Shown: in pieces, positions 19,111-29,058 of the stretch
Numbering within the stretch: the stretch's first letter is position 1
How the letters are laid out: each line of letters starts with the position of its first letter
From: a bacterium
GTDB taxonomy: Bacteria > Patescibacteriota > Minisyncoccia > Minisyncoccales > JAGGXC01
Assembly (NCBI GenBank): GCA_021157625.1
Contig: JAGGWD010000001.1
Span: forward strand, 1-38,848
Direction: 5' to 3'
Length of the DNA: 38,848 nt
Position numbers and translations under genes: made by a program
The notes under the pieces: generated by a model
What the model was told of the DNA's origin: nothing
The model's database searches: none
The model's input: the letters and a program-made list of their open reading frames with translations, nothing else

Positions 19111-19791
19111 TTATTCAATAATCTTTTGATGTTTCTTTCGCCACTCTTGAATTCTTTTGTGATCTCCGGAAAGTAACACTTTAGGGACTTTCCATTCTAC
19201 TCCTTTTTTGGGAGAAAACACGGCTGGTCTTGTATACTGAGGATATTCAATAAACCCTTTTTCTTTTTTGCCTTTCGTTAAAGCTGTTCTTTCTCTAAGG
19301 AACTCTTTTTTTCCTAATACTCCAGGAATTAATCGGGCCACTACTTCAATCACTACCATAGCTGGCAGTTCTCCTCCCATTAAATCATAATCTCCTATAG
19401 ATAATTCCATGTCTGCAAGATATTTGGCTACACGCTCGTCTACTCCTTCATACCGGCCACAGATAAAGATAATCTGATTTAACTTCGACAACTGATATGC
19501 AATTTTTTGAGTAAATTTTTTTCCACGGGGAGTAAAAAGAATAACTTTTCTTTTCTTCCTTTTAGGAATACTCTTTATCGCTTTATATATAGGTTCAATC
19601 TTCATCACCATCCCAAACCCTCCTCCAAAAGGCCGATCATCAACTGTCTTTCTTCTATCAGAAGTAAAATCTCTTAAGTTATGAATTTCTACTTTAATCA
19701 ATTTCTTTTTTATAGCTTTGTTTATAAGCGACTCTTTAAAGTAAGAGTCAAAAATTTTAGGAAATATAGTTATTATATCGAATCTTATCAT
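19111..19791 (-). CDS. trmD: tRNA (guanine-N1)-methyltransferase
   Basis: VDDRPFGGG, CGRYEGVDER, SIGDY.L.GGE, EYPQYTRP, VLLSGDH. Confidence 0.97.
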   Translation of the reverse strand: MIRFDIITIFPKIFDSYFKESLINKAIKKKLIKVEIHNLRDFTSDRRKTVDDRPFGGGFGMVMKIEPIYKAIKSIPKRKKRKVILFTPRGKKFTQKIAYQLSKLNQIIFICGRYEGVDERVAKYLADMELSIGDYDLMGGELPAMVVIEVVARLIPGVLGKKEFLRERTALTKGKKEKGFIEYPQYTRPAVFSPKKGVEWKVPKVLLSGDHKRIQEWRKKHQKIIE

Positions 19792-19808
19792 AAGTTAAAA
19801 ACCAGAAA

Positions 19809-19838
19809 ACCGTGCTTTCTTTACTATAATAGCACGGT
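19809..19838 (-). other. Stem-loop between khpA and trmD
   Basis: ACCGTGCT...AGCACGGT inverted repeat followed on the minus strand by TTTCT. Confidence 0.5.
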
Positions 19839-19867
19839 CTTCCGGAGCCTGTAAACTTTATTAAAGC

Positions 19868-20197
19868 TTACAGTTTAAGATCTTCTAGTCCCTTATCTGC
19901 GTCTTTGGACTCTTCTGTCTTTTCTTGAGTGCTTTTAGCAGCACCAGTCGGCTCTGCAATCTTGAGATTCACACGAGCCCTAGATTTAAGTCCAACAATC
20001 CTAACTAGATTTCTAATAGCTCTTACAGTTGCACCCTGACGACCAATCACCTGTCCCATATCTTCGGGGTTTACTTTCAAAGTAAGTAAAACACCCATTT
20101 CATCTACTGTTCTTTCAATCTTTACATCCTCAGGGTGATCAACTAAAGATTTGACAATGTATTCAAGAAATTCCTTGTCTTTTGCTTCTTTTGCCAT
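19868..20197 (-). CDS. khpA: KH-domain RNA-binding protein KhpA (YlqC/UPF0109)
   Basis: EFLEYIVKSLVDHPEDV, DMGQVIGRQG, AIR; next to trmD. Confidence 0.92.
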   Translation of the reverse strand: MAKEAKDKEFLEYIVKSLVDHPEDVKIERTVDEMGVLLTLKVNPEDMGQVIGRQGATVRAIRNLVRIVGLKSRARVNLKIAEPTGAAKSTQEKTEESKDADKGLEDLKL

Positions 20198-20339
20198 ATT
20201 TCTTATTAGAGCTAATTTCTTTCAGTTTTGTCTTTTCTAGTAGCTCGACCTTTTTCTTCCGACCCTAGAAATCAAGGAATCGGGATATTAAGTTGATAGT
20301 AGCTACTATTTTCCTATCTTACTTATCTAAAATAATTTG

Positions 20340-21824
20340 TCAATACTTTTGCAAAAGTTTTTTAAATACTTCTTCTGCCTTTTGAGGATCTACTTTGCCA
20401 CTTGTCTCTCTCATCAACTGACCGATAAGAAACTGGAGTGCATTCGTTTTCCCACTTTGATAATCCTGGACAGCTTTTTGATTAACGGAGAGAATTTTCT
20501 GCGCTAGTTTTTGAATTTCATCTAAATCTCGAATTTGGATCAACTTTTTCTCTTCAATAATGTGAGAAGGATCAGCACCCGTTTTAAACATTTCAGCTAA
20601 TACAACTTTGGCTATTCTTGAAGAGATTCTATCCTCATAAATCATAGTAATGAATTCCGCAAAATTTTCTGGAGTAATCAAAAAATCCTCCCCTGTTATT
20701 TCTGCTTTCTTTAATAACCCTTGAAGATCACAAAGAATATAATTAGCACAAAGTTTAATCAACTTTTTCTCTTCTAGACTCGAAAGTTTTCTCTTAAACT
20801 CTACTGACTTTGTCCAATTTTTCAACTCTGAGACGACTTTCTCAAAATACTCTCCCAGATCTTTATTTTTTATAAATACTTCTACTTCTTTTTCTTCTAG
20901 ACCATATTCTTTTTTAAACCTTTCTCTCCTCTGAGAAGGGAGTTCTGGAATTTCAGCTTTGAGTTCTTGAAGATATTCCTGAGTAATCAAAAGAGGAGGT
21001 AAATCAGGCTCGGGAAAATATCGGTAGTCATGAGAATATTCTTTTTCTCTTTGACTTTCTGTCACTTCTTTATCTTCGTACCATCCTCGAGTCTCTTGAA
21101 TAACTTCACGACCCGATTTTAAGACATTGATTTGTCTTTGAATTTCGTATTCTATTCCTTTTTCTAACGATCTAAAGGAATTAAGATTTTTAATCTCTAC
21201 TTTGGTACCTAGTTTATCTCCTTTGCTTACCGAAACATTAGCCTCCACTCTCATTTGTCCTTTCTCCATATCAGCGCCTGAGACATTCAAATATCTTAAA
21301 ATCAACTGAAGCTCTTGCGCAAACTTACGTGCCTCTTTTGCTGATTTCAAATCAGGCTCAGTGACCAACTCCATTAACGGAATACCTGCTCTATTGAAAT
21401 CCACAAGCGAATATCTTCCCTTCTCATCATGGATAAGTTTTCCTGTATCCTCTTCAAGATGAATTTCTCTTATTCTGATTTTCTTTCCATTTATTTCTAA
21501 ATATCCATTCTTGCATAAAGGAATATAAAACTGACTAATTTGATAACCCTTAGGAAGATCAGGATAAAAATAACTCTTTCTATCAAATTTTGAATATGAA
21601 GAAATATGACAATTAAGAGCAAGACCTACTTTTATTGTCTTTTTAACTGCTTCCTCGTTAATAACTGGAAGCACGCCCGGATGACCCATACAAACAGGAC
21701 AAATATTGATGTTTGGATGACGTTCATTTGGGTCATTCGGGCAAGAACAAAACATCTTGGATTTTGTATCCAACTCCACATGAATCTCAAGACCTATTGT
21801 TGGTTGAAATCCATCTTTTATCAT
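20340..21824 (-). CDS. gatB: Asp/Glu-tRNA amidotransferase subunit B
   Basis: IGLEIH, FDRKSYFYPDLPKGYQISQ, HLEEDTGK, EIKNLNS, DYRYFPEPD. Confidence 0.98.
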   Translation of the reverse strand: MIKDGFQPTIGLEIHVELDTKSKMFCSCPNDPNERHPNINICPVCMGHPGVLPVINEEAVKKTIKVGLALNCHISSYSKFDRKSYFYPDLPKGYQISQFYIPLCKNGYLEINGKKIRIREIHLEEDTGKLIHDEKGRYSLVDFNRAGIPLMELVTEPDLKSAKEARKFAQELQLILRYLNVSGADMEKGQMRVEANVSVSKGDKLGTKVEIKNLNSFRSLEKGIEYEIQRQINVLKSGREVIQETRGWYEDKEVTESQREKEYSHDYRYFPEPDLPPLLITQEYLQELKAEIPELPSQRRERFKKEYGLEEKEVEVFIKNKDLGEYFEKVVSELKNWTKSVEFKRKLSSLEEKKLIKLCANYILCDLQGLLKKAEITGEDFLITPENFAEFITMIYEDRISSRIAKVVLAEMFKTGADPSHIIEEKKLIQIRDLDEIQKLAQKILSVNQKAVQDYQSGKTNALQFLIGQLMRETSGKVDPQKAEEVFKKLLQKY

Positions 21825-22492
21825 CTTTGTTTCTTAATTGCTTCTCTCATTATCTGAACTCCTGAGCTTGTTCCTACAATATCAGCCCCTGCTTGTACCA
21901 TCTTTCTTAAATCTTTTAGAGTTCTTATCTTTCCAGCAGCCTTAATCAAAAGACCAGGTGCTCCTTCTATCATCAATTTTAGATGTCTGGCTTTCTCCTC
22001 AAGTTCTCTATGTTCTAAAGGATCCTTTTGTGTGGCAGTCTTAACACATATTGCTCCTGCTTTTTTCACTAACCAAGAAGCTTTTTTGATCTCTTCATCT
22101 GTAAGATAACCAGAGCCAATAATTACTTTGGTAGGAAGGATCTTACAAATTTCTTTCAAATCTTTTAATATCTTGTCGTATCTTTCATATTTTAAGTCAA
22201 CTATATTCATTACTATATCAATTTCATCAGCTCCATCCTTTTTTGCTTTTCGACATATCTTCATTCTTTCTGAATGAGAGCTCTGACCCATAGGAGGATC
22301 AACAAGAACAACAACTTTAATATCTGTATCTTTAAGCTCTTGTTTTGCCAATCTGACCCATTGTGGATTTACACATACTCCTCGAAAAGCGTATTTTATT
22401 GCCTCTTTGCAAGTCTTTTTAATATCTTTGGCTTTAGCTTTGGGATCAATGTTGGTATGATCTATGATTTTTGCTATTTGGCTCAGTTTCAT
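21821..22492 (-). CDS. deoC: Deoxyribose-phosphate aldolase (divergent)
   Basis: IDHT, GVCVNP, GADEIDIVMN, KVII, VKTAT, IKAAG.IR, GTSSG. Confidence 0.85.
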   Translation of the reverse strand: MKLSQIAKIIDHTNIDPKAKAKDIKKTCKEAIKYAFRGVCVNPQWVRLAKQELKDTDIKVVVLVDPPMGQSSHSERMKICRKAKKDGADEIDIVMNIVDLKYERYDKILKDLKEICKILPTKVIIGSGYLTDEEIKKASWLVKKAGAICVKTATQKDPLEHRELEEKARHLKLMIEGAPGLLIKAAGKIRTLKDLRKMVQAGADIVGTSSGVQIMREAIKKQR

Positions 22493-22524
22493 ATTTTTGT
22501 AATTTAATTATTTTTAATTTATTT

Positions 22525-23163
22525 TCATAATTTTAGTTTTAATTCTTTATTGATTATTCCGAGACACTGCTCTGAAACTTCTTTTATTGAATTCTCTCCA
22601 TCAACCACTCTCCATCGAGAATAAATTTGTTTCTTAGCCAGATTATCATAAAAATTACACAACTCTCCCAAAAGCTTTCTATCTCTCTCGTTTCTATCTA
22701 GACTTTTCTTCTCTTTTAATTTTCTCTTAATCGAAGTAGAAGGAGAAATTTTCAGATATAAAACAAGATCAGGTTTGGGTAGTCCAAATATCTTGGCCAA
22801 ACTCAAAGCTTTTCTTTGAGAAAATCCTCTCAATCCTTGATAAGCAAGTGTAGAGGTAAAATAGCGATCTGATATCACAATCTTTCCTTCATTTAGCCAT
22901 TGATTGATTTTTTCTTTATCTTTTACAAAATCAATAAAATACAAGAGAAATTGCACAGACACAGAAAAATCATATTGACAGTGGAGATAACGATGAATCA
23001 ATCTGCCAATAGGGCCTTTGTAGTCGGGATAACATATTCTTATAACTGGTTTTTTATTTTTCTTTAAATACTCAAAGAGCCAACGACTTATACTCTCGGT
23101 ACCTGCTCCATCTATGCCTTCAAAAACAATAAATTTACCCCTTTTTTTCTTCTTCATTTTCAT
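22525..23163 (-). CDS. tmk: Thymidylate kinase-like protein with degenerate P-loop
   Basis: FIVFEGIDGAG, SDRYFTSTLAYQ, PKPDLVLYL. Walker A Lys is absent (GAGTES). Confidence 0.8.
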   Translation of the reverse strand: MKMKKKKRGKFIVFEGIDGAGTESISRWLFEYLKKNKKPVIRICYPDYKGPIGRLIHRYLHCQYDFSVSVQFLLYFIDFVKDKEKINQWLNEGKIVISDRYFTSTLAYQGLRGFSQRKALSLAKIFGLPKPDLVLYLKISPSTSIKRKLKEKKSLDRNERDRKLLGELCNFYDNLAKKQIYSRWRVVDGENSIKEVSEQCLGIINKELKLKL

Positions 23164-23256
23164 TTTTCTTATTTTAGCACATTCCCAAAAATAAAAAAGT
23201 GAACTCTCTTAACATAGTACATTGTATTGAAAATATAATTTTGATAAAATTAATTA

Positions 23257-24861
23257 ATGACGAAGAAAACCATACTTCTTCTGATCATTGTTTTATTGAT
23301 AGCTTCCTTTTTTCGGCTATGGCAACTTAATTCAATACCGCCGGGCCTTTATCCAGATGAAGCAATTAACGCAAATGACGCGCTCCACACACTAAGAACT
23401 AACTCTCCAAGAGTTTTTTACCCAGAAAACAATGGAAGAGAGGGTTTGTTTATAAATCTCGTTGCCCTTTCTTTTTTAATTTTTGGAGCGAGTATATGGT
23501 CACTGAGAATCGTGTCAGCAATAGCTGGAATCCTTACAGTTTTTGGACTTTATCTTTTCACAAAAGAGCTTTTTAGCTCTTCTAAAATTTTTAAAAAATC
23601 CGCCGAATCTCTAGCTCTTCTTTCCTCCTTTTTTCTTGCTGTCTCTTTCTGGCATGTCAATTTTTCTCGTATAGGCTTTAGAGGAATACTTGTTCCTCTC
23701 ATTTTGGTTTTCTCTTCTTATTTCCTTACAAAGGGGTTTAGAACAAAAAAACCGCTATTTTTTATAATCTCGGGAATAATTTTTGGATTAGGATTTTATA
23801 CATACATTGCTTTTAGGCTAGCCGTTTTTTTAATTGCAGCGGTTTTCTTCCTTGAGTTCTTCCGGAACAAAGAAAAAAAACAATTAAAACAGCTGTTTGG
23901 GCTATCACTTTTGTTTCTTTTGTTTATCTTTATAACAGCTCTTCCAATAGGTATTTATTTTATAAACAATCCTGAGTATTTTGTAAGTCGGGCCGCTGGT
24001 GTTTCAATTTTTTCTCAACCAAATCTAATTAAGGCTTTTGGAGAAAGCTTGTTAAAGCATTTAGCAATGTTTAATATCCGAGGCGATGGAAATTGGCGTC
24101 ACAATATTGCTTCTCAACCAGTTCTTTTCTGGCCCGTGGGAATTTTGTTTTTAATTGGCTTATTATACTCAATGGGAGCAGCCATAAAATCAATCAAAAA
24201 CAAAGACTATCAAGAGCTTTTTCCTTACTGCTATCTGCTTAATTGGTGGTTCATAATGCTTTTGCCCGGAATTTTAACACATGAAGGAATTCCTCATTCT
24301 CTCCGATGCATCGGAGCAATTCCTCCTGTATTTGTCTTCAGCGCTTTGGGTTTGTTTTTCATCTACAATAAAACAAAACTTCTTGTTAAAATAAATTCTT
24401 GGATCCGTTTGATTCCTGTATTTGCTCTTGCATTGCTCATTCTCTCATTTGTTTTTGCTCAATACAGTAGATATTTCCTCATATGGGGCACAAGCCAAGA
24501 GGTAAAGGGAGCATTTTGCGAAAGATTTGTAGAAATTGGTAATTATCTAAATTCTCTTGACAATGATATAAAGATATATGTGATTGTGAACGAACCAGGA
24601 GTACCTGTCCCTTATCCGAATGGTATCCCTATGCCCGCTCAAACCCCTATGTTCATCGAGAGTATAAAATTTGGGAGTCCACGGGCAAGCTATCTTATAC
24701 CAGAAAATATAGACAAAATAAATCCAAACAGCAAAAAGACAATAATAGTTCCTATGAAATATGACAAAGAACTTTTTGAAGTTCTTATTAAAAAATTCCC
24801 AGAAGGAGAAATAGGAATTCAGATCCAAGAAAATATCTGGTCATATCTAATTAATTTTTAA
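23257..24861 (+). CDS. Integral-membrane GT-C glycosyltransferase (ArnT/PMT-like)
   Basis: PPGLYPDEA acidic motif after TM1, many TM helices, WHVNFSR. Confidence 0.85.
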   Translation: MTKKTILLLIIVLLIASFFRLWQLNSIPPGLYPDEAINANDALHTLRTNSPRVFYPENNGREGLFINLVALSFLIFGASIWSLRIVSAIAGILTVFGLYLFTKELFSSSKIFKKSAESLALLSSFFLAVSFWHVNFSRIGFRGILVPLILVFSSYFLTKGFRTKKPLFFIISGIIFGLGFYTYIAFRLAVFLIAAVFFLEFFRNKEKKQLKQLFGLSLLFLLFIFITALPIGIYFINNPEYFVSRAAGVSIFSQPNLIKAFGESLLKHLAMFNIRGDGNWRHNIASQPVLFWPVGILFLIGLLYSMGAAIKSIKNKDYQELFPYCYLLNWWFIMLLPGILTHEGIPHSLRCIGAIPPVFVFSALGLFFIYNKTKLLVKINSWIRLIPVFALALLILSFVFAQYSRYFLIWGTSQEVKGAFCERFVEIGNYLNSLDNDIKIYVIVNEPGVPVPYPNGIPMPAQTPMFIESIKFGSPRASYLIPENIDKINPNSKKTIIVPMKYDKELFEVLIKKFPEGEIGIQIQENIWSYLINF

Positions 24862-24868
24862 CAAAAAT

Positions 24869-26647
24869 ATGAGCAATAAACTAACCTATTTAATTGCATT
24901 TATACTGCTTTCTGTGTTATTCATTACAGCTTTTACAAGTTCCTTGGATGATTCCACCACAATGGATGAATTAGCTCACATTCCTGCAGGATATTCTTAT
25001 CTAATCAAAAAAGATTTCAGAATAAATCCTGAACATCCTCCATTGATTAAAGATCTGGCTGCTCTTCCGCTTTTGAGATTAAATTTAAATTTCCCTCCAG
25101 AAAACCATCCTGCCTGGCAAGGTATTAATGAACAATGGTGGCTTGGTTCTGAATTTCTTTATCATTCAGGAAATGATATTGAAAAAATTCTTTTCTGGTC
25201 ACGACTGCCAATGATTCTAATTTTGGTATTTTTAGGACTATTCCTTTTTTTGTGGACAAAACAACTGCGGGGAAACAAAGCAGCTCTCTTGGTTTTGACT
25301 ATCTTTTCCTTCTCACCTACTTTTTTGGCACATGGAAGATTGGTAACCACTGATGTGGCAGCTGCTCTTGGAGTAGTAATGGGTACTTATTTTTGGATAA
25401 AATTCCTCAAAAAACCAGACGCAAAAAACATCATATTAGCAGGTTTAATATTTGGATTAGTAATGCTTTTCAAATTCTCCGTTATTCTGCTGGTTCCTTT
25501 CTTTGCAGTGATTACCATTGTCTGGGCTATCCTAAATTCAGAAGAAAAAAAACTGAAAGAAATAATTATAGAACTGATAAGGTATGGCATCCTTGCACTG
25601 ATTGTGATGGCAATCGGAGTAGCATTTTTAATCTGGCCTGTGTATAAATTTCATACCCTCCATTATCCCTCCCAAAAACAAATATCAGATACGGAATATC
25701 TTCTTAGTTCTTCACCTATGCCAACGATAAAAAATATTTGCATTTGGATGACAAAGAATCCAATCCTGCGCCCTCTAGCACATTATCTCTTGGGACTTTT
25801 GATGGCAACTCAAAGAACAGCTGCCGGAAACACTGTCTACTTTATGGGCATGATATCTGCCAGCGGATGGTGGTATTATTTCCCTATTGTTTATTTGCTT
25901 AAGGTGCCTCTTGCTTTTCATGTTCTTAGCTTAATTGCCCTCTTCTGGGCAGTATGTGCAATAAAAGCTCCATTTTTCAAAAACCCTCTCCCGAGAATAA
26001 ACAGCTGGATAAAAAGCCATTTTACTGAGTTCTCATTGATGGTTTTTATTGCGATTTACTGGACCACTTCTTTACTGGGACATCTCAATATTGGAGTTAG
26101 ACATGTTCTTCCCACTTTTCCCTTTATCTATATGCTTGTAGTTTTGGGAATCACAGGATTACTAGATAGCGTCAGCAAAGAAAAAAGAAAATATATAACT
26201 GCCATACTTATAATTCTCGTTGGCTGGTATATAATCTCCTCTATAACTACTTGGCCCTATTATCTGTCTTATTTCAATGAAATTGGAGGCGGTAAAGAGA
26301 ACGGATATAGATTCGTAGTTGATTCAAACTATGATTGGGGACAGGATATGAAAAGATTAAAGAAATGGGTAGATGAAAACAAAATTGACAAAATCTATGT
26401 TGACTATTTTGGGGGTAGTGATGCTAAATATTATTTGCAAGAAAAGTATCGTCCTTGGCAGGGTACAAATAAACCAACAGATTTTCCAAAAGGAAATTAT
26501 TTAGCAGTCTCAGCAACTTTTCTGCAAGGAGGAAGAGGAAATCCTGTACCTGGTTTTGACCAACCTACAGGATATTATCGATGGCTTGATAAATACAAGC
26601 CAATAGCCAGAGCAGGTACTTCTATCTTTATCTACTATATAAAATAG
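24869..26647 (+). CDS. Integral-membrane GT-C glycosyltransferase (ArnT/PMT-like)
   Basis: TMDE..HI, NPEHPPL.K, LAHGRLVTTD, NIGVRH, DSNYDWGQD. Confidence 0.85.
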   Translation: MSNKLTYLIAFILLSVLFITAFTSSLDDSTTMDELAHIPAGYSYLIKKDFRINPEHPPLIKDLAALPLLRLNLNFPPENHPAWQGINEQWWLGSEFLYHSGNDIEKILFWSRLPMILILVFLGLFLFLWTKQLRGNKAALLVLTIFSFSPTFLAHGRLVTTDVAAALGVVMGTYFWIKFLKKPDAKNIILAGLIFGLVMLFKFSVILLVPFFAVITIVWAILNSEEKKLKEIIIELIRYGILALIVMAIGVAFLIWPVYKFHTLHYPSQKQISDTEYLLSSSPMPTIKNICIWMTKNPILRPLAHYLLGLLMATQRTAAGNTVYFMGMISASGWWYYFPIVYLLKVPLAFHVLSLIALFWAVCAIKAPFFKNPLPRINSWIKSHFTEFSLMVFIAIYWTTSLLGHLNIGVRHVLPTFPFIYMLVVLGITGLLDSVSKEKRKYITAILIILVGWYIISSITTWPYYLSYFNEIGGGKENGYRFVVDSNYDWGQDMKRLKKWVDENKIDKIYVDYFGGSDAKYYLQEKYRPWQGTNKPTDFPKGNYLAVSATFLQGGRGNPVPGFDQPTGYYRWLDKYKPIARAGTSIFIYYIK

Positions 26648-26688
26648 GGCCAAAAAACGCCCTAAAGATAAAATAATAATTTCAAAAT

Positions 26689-27492
26689 TTACTTATAAAA
26701 GATTTGATTTCCAAATCTTAAATCAATATATTCCAGATTCTTTCTCTCTTGAGGAGAAATTTTTTCTTTCAGTACTAGATCAAGGTTAAAGACCTGTCTT
26801 GAAATATCATCATCTAAATTAAAGTAAATTTCCCAACCTTCTTGAGTTAGCACATTTGCTCTTTTGCTACTGACAATTTTAATGGAACGAAGCAAAATCT
26901 CTTTTTTTTCCAATTCTTCTTCTATTTCTGCAATAAGTGAGCCTAATCCTTTTTGGATTATCGTTCTTCCTATCTTTAAATCTTTATCTCTCTCTGGAGG
27001 AACAATTTCAGGCCATTGATTTCTTTGATTTTTTACTTTTTCAAATACTACTCCTTCCTTGTCTATAAAAAAATAATTATTGTCTTTTTTAACAACTCCT
27101 ATAGGTTTTCTTTCTCGAACAGAAATGATTAACTTATCTGGAAATTGTCTTTGAATAGAAACTTCGCCGATTTGAGGAAAATAATTTAGTATTTCTTCAT
27201 CTAAACGCTCCAAATTGGCAAGAAAAATACTTCTTGAATCCCAGAATATAATTTTTTGGGGAAGATAGAGCTCTACTAAGTTTTTAATATTTTCCGTCTT
27301 TACTTTTTGGTTTCCTTTAACCTGGATTTCTTTAATTTGGAAAAGGCAATAAAAACAGACTAAGTAAAAAATTATCAAAAACGCTATCAAAAAAAGTCCA
27401 ACAGCCCAAAAGAATCGATTTTTCACAATTTGAATTTTTCTTTTTTGCCTCCATCGTTTCCTAAATTTTTTAACACTTTGACTTTTTTTCAT
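26689..27492 (-). CDS. ftsQ: Cell division protein FtsQ/DivIB
   Basis: Basic N-terminus, TM helix, POTRA domain (I.VKGN, FPDKLII.V.ERKP), YIDLRF. Confidence 0.88.
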   Translation of the reverse strand: MKKSQSVKKFRKRWRQKRKIQIVKNRFFWAVGLFLIAFLIIFYLVCFYCLFQIKEIQVKGNQKVKTENIKNLVELYLPQKIIFWDSRSIFLANLERLDEEILNYFPQIGEVSIQRQFPDKLIISVRERKPIGVVKKDNNYFFIDKEGVVFEKVKNQRNQWPEIVPPERDKDLKIGRTIIQKGLGSLIAEIEEELEKKEILLRSIKIVSSKRANVLTQEGWEIYFNLDDDISRQVFNLDLVLKEKISPQERKNLEYIDLRFGNQIFYK

Positions 27493-27525
27493 AAATCCTT
27501 ATAACTTATTAAAGGAGGTGGTTCT

Positions 27526-27951
27526 TTGAAATGGGAATATCCCTCAGAAGAAATAATACATATAAAGCAAGTCAAAATTGGAAAAATCAATGCAATTGTA
27601 GCTCTCTCAGGGGACTCTCAAGATTCTGAACCAGAACTAAACAATCAAGAAATTGCTAATTTTGTCAAAAGACTTTATCAAGCAACTAGTGTGCCTCTTA
27701 TTCTTCAATGGGAGATTGAAGAGTACCTAAAAGATATTCCGAAGGCCATGGTTATCCATCCGTATTCTATCAAGGAAAAAGATCTTGATACCTATGAAGT
27801 ATTATATCAAGCAAAGCAGTTCTGCAACAAATTCAAATGGAAGAATATATTACTGGTAGCCCATCCTGCTCATTTACCAAAAGCTCGACTGGCTGCCAAG
27901 CAATTGGGCTTTAGAGTTTACATCCCATACGAACTTCTCACTTATAGATAA
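27526..27951 (+). CDS. DUF218/YdcF-like protein (compact)
   Basis: LDTYE, ILLVAHPAHLPKA....K.LG; AAAGGAGGTG 5 nt before TTG. Confidence 0.6.
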   Translation: MKWEYPSEEIIHIKQVKIGKINAIVALSGDSQDSEPELNNQEIANFVKRLYQATSVPLILQWEIEEYLKDIPKAMVIHPYSIKEKDLDTYEVLYQAKQFCNKFKWKNILLVAHPAHLPKARLAAKQLGFRVYIPYELLTYR

Positions 27952-27958
27952 GAGGTTA

Positions 27959-28987
27959 TCAAAAACCTCTTTTCTTTTTTCTTAACTTCTCAATGATCCA
28001 GTTAAACCAATATCTTGAATCCAGCACCAAATCCTGGGTTTTTACATATTCCTTTCTCCAGCCACCAAAACCTTTCTTAAACAAAGTCAATCCCCACCAT
28101 GGATGCTTCCTTGAAGCGTTATCAGGCGCAATCCCCCAAAAATTATATAGCCTACAACCTCTCCTTTTTGCTTCTTTTATTACCTCCCATTGTAAAAGAT
28201 AGGAAACAGGAATTTTTGGATATTTCAAAGAACTGGCCCCATGATGATAAAAACCAATTCCTTGCCAATAAACTATAATTGCTGAAGCAAGAATCTCGTC
28301 TCTGTATTTTCCAAAAAAGATAGAGATCTGATTGTCAGAACTAAAACACAAGAATTCTTTCTTGAAATAATTCAAAGAAAAAGGAACAAATTTGTGACGC
28401 TTCACTACCTCTTGATGAATTTCATTAAACACTTCTATGTCTTGTAATTTCTGGCTTTGATATATCTGAATATCTTTGTTTTTTAATCCCTGCCTAATTA
28501 AATAGCGAGTCGTCTTTCGCATTCCTGCTAAAAGTTCTTCTTCTGAGGATGAGATATCTAATTCCCAAGTCACTTCTGGATGCATATGAATAGGAGCTTC
28601 TCTAAATCCAATCTTCTCAAAGATTCTTATATTTTCATCATTCCTCTCGCAAATAGGACTTATTCTTATGAAACTGCATTTTTGGCTCCTGGCAAGTTTC
28701 TTCAATTCGGTCATCAAAGATACCAATACAGATTCAAGATCTTTTTTATTCAAAACAACAGGTCCGTGTGGCACAAATAAAAAAGTACCTCGTTTTGCTT
28801 TAATTCTTATCACTAAAGATTCTGCAACTAGATCATTATCTTTATACAAACCAAAACGCCATATTTTATGGCCCATTGCTTTTTGGAACTCTCCCCAATT
28901 CCAACTCTGAAGAAATGTTTTCTCCTCAACATTAAAAAGAAATCTCTCCCATTCATCTTTATTTTCTATTTCCTTTATTTCAAACAT
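27959..28987 (-). CDS. FemAB/FemX-family peptidoglycan peptidyltransferase
   Basis: FLQSWNWGEF, PHGPV, MRKTTRYLIR, YHHGAS, LLQWE, YNFWG, GLTLFKKGFGG. Confidence 0.93.
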   Translation of the reverse strand: MFEIKEIENKDEWERFLFNVEEKTFLQSWNWGEFQKAMGHKIWRFGLYKDNDLVAESLVIRIKAKRGTFLFVPHGPVVLNKKDLESVLVSLMTELKKLARSQKCSFIRISPICERNDENIRIFEKIGFREAPIHMHPEVTWELDISSSEEELLAGMRKTTRYLIRQGLKNKDIQIYQSQKLQDIEVFNEIHQEVVKRHKFVPFSLNYFKKEFLCFSSDNQISIFFGKYRDEILASAIIVYWQGIGFYHHGASSLKYPKIPVSYLLQWEVIKEAKRRGCRLYNFWGIAPDNASRKHPWWGLTLFKKGFGGWRKEYVKTQDLVLDSRYWFNWIIEKLRKKKRGF

Positions 28988-29058
28988 TTTCTATAGCTCC
29001 AGAAAATAAATGAAGGTTGATTTAAGCATTAAGCTTTCCAAAGAAGCATTTTAATATT

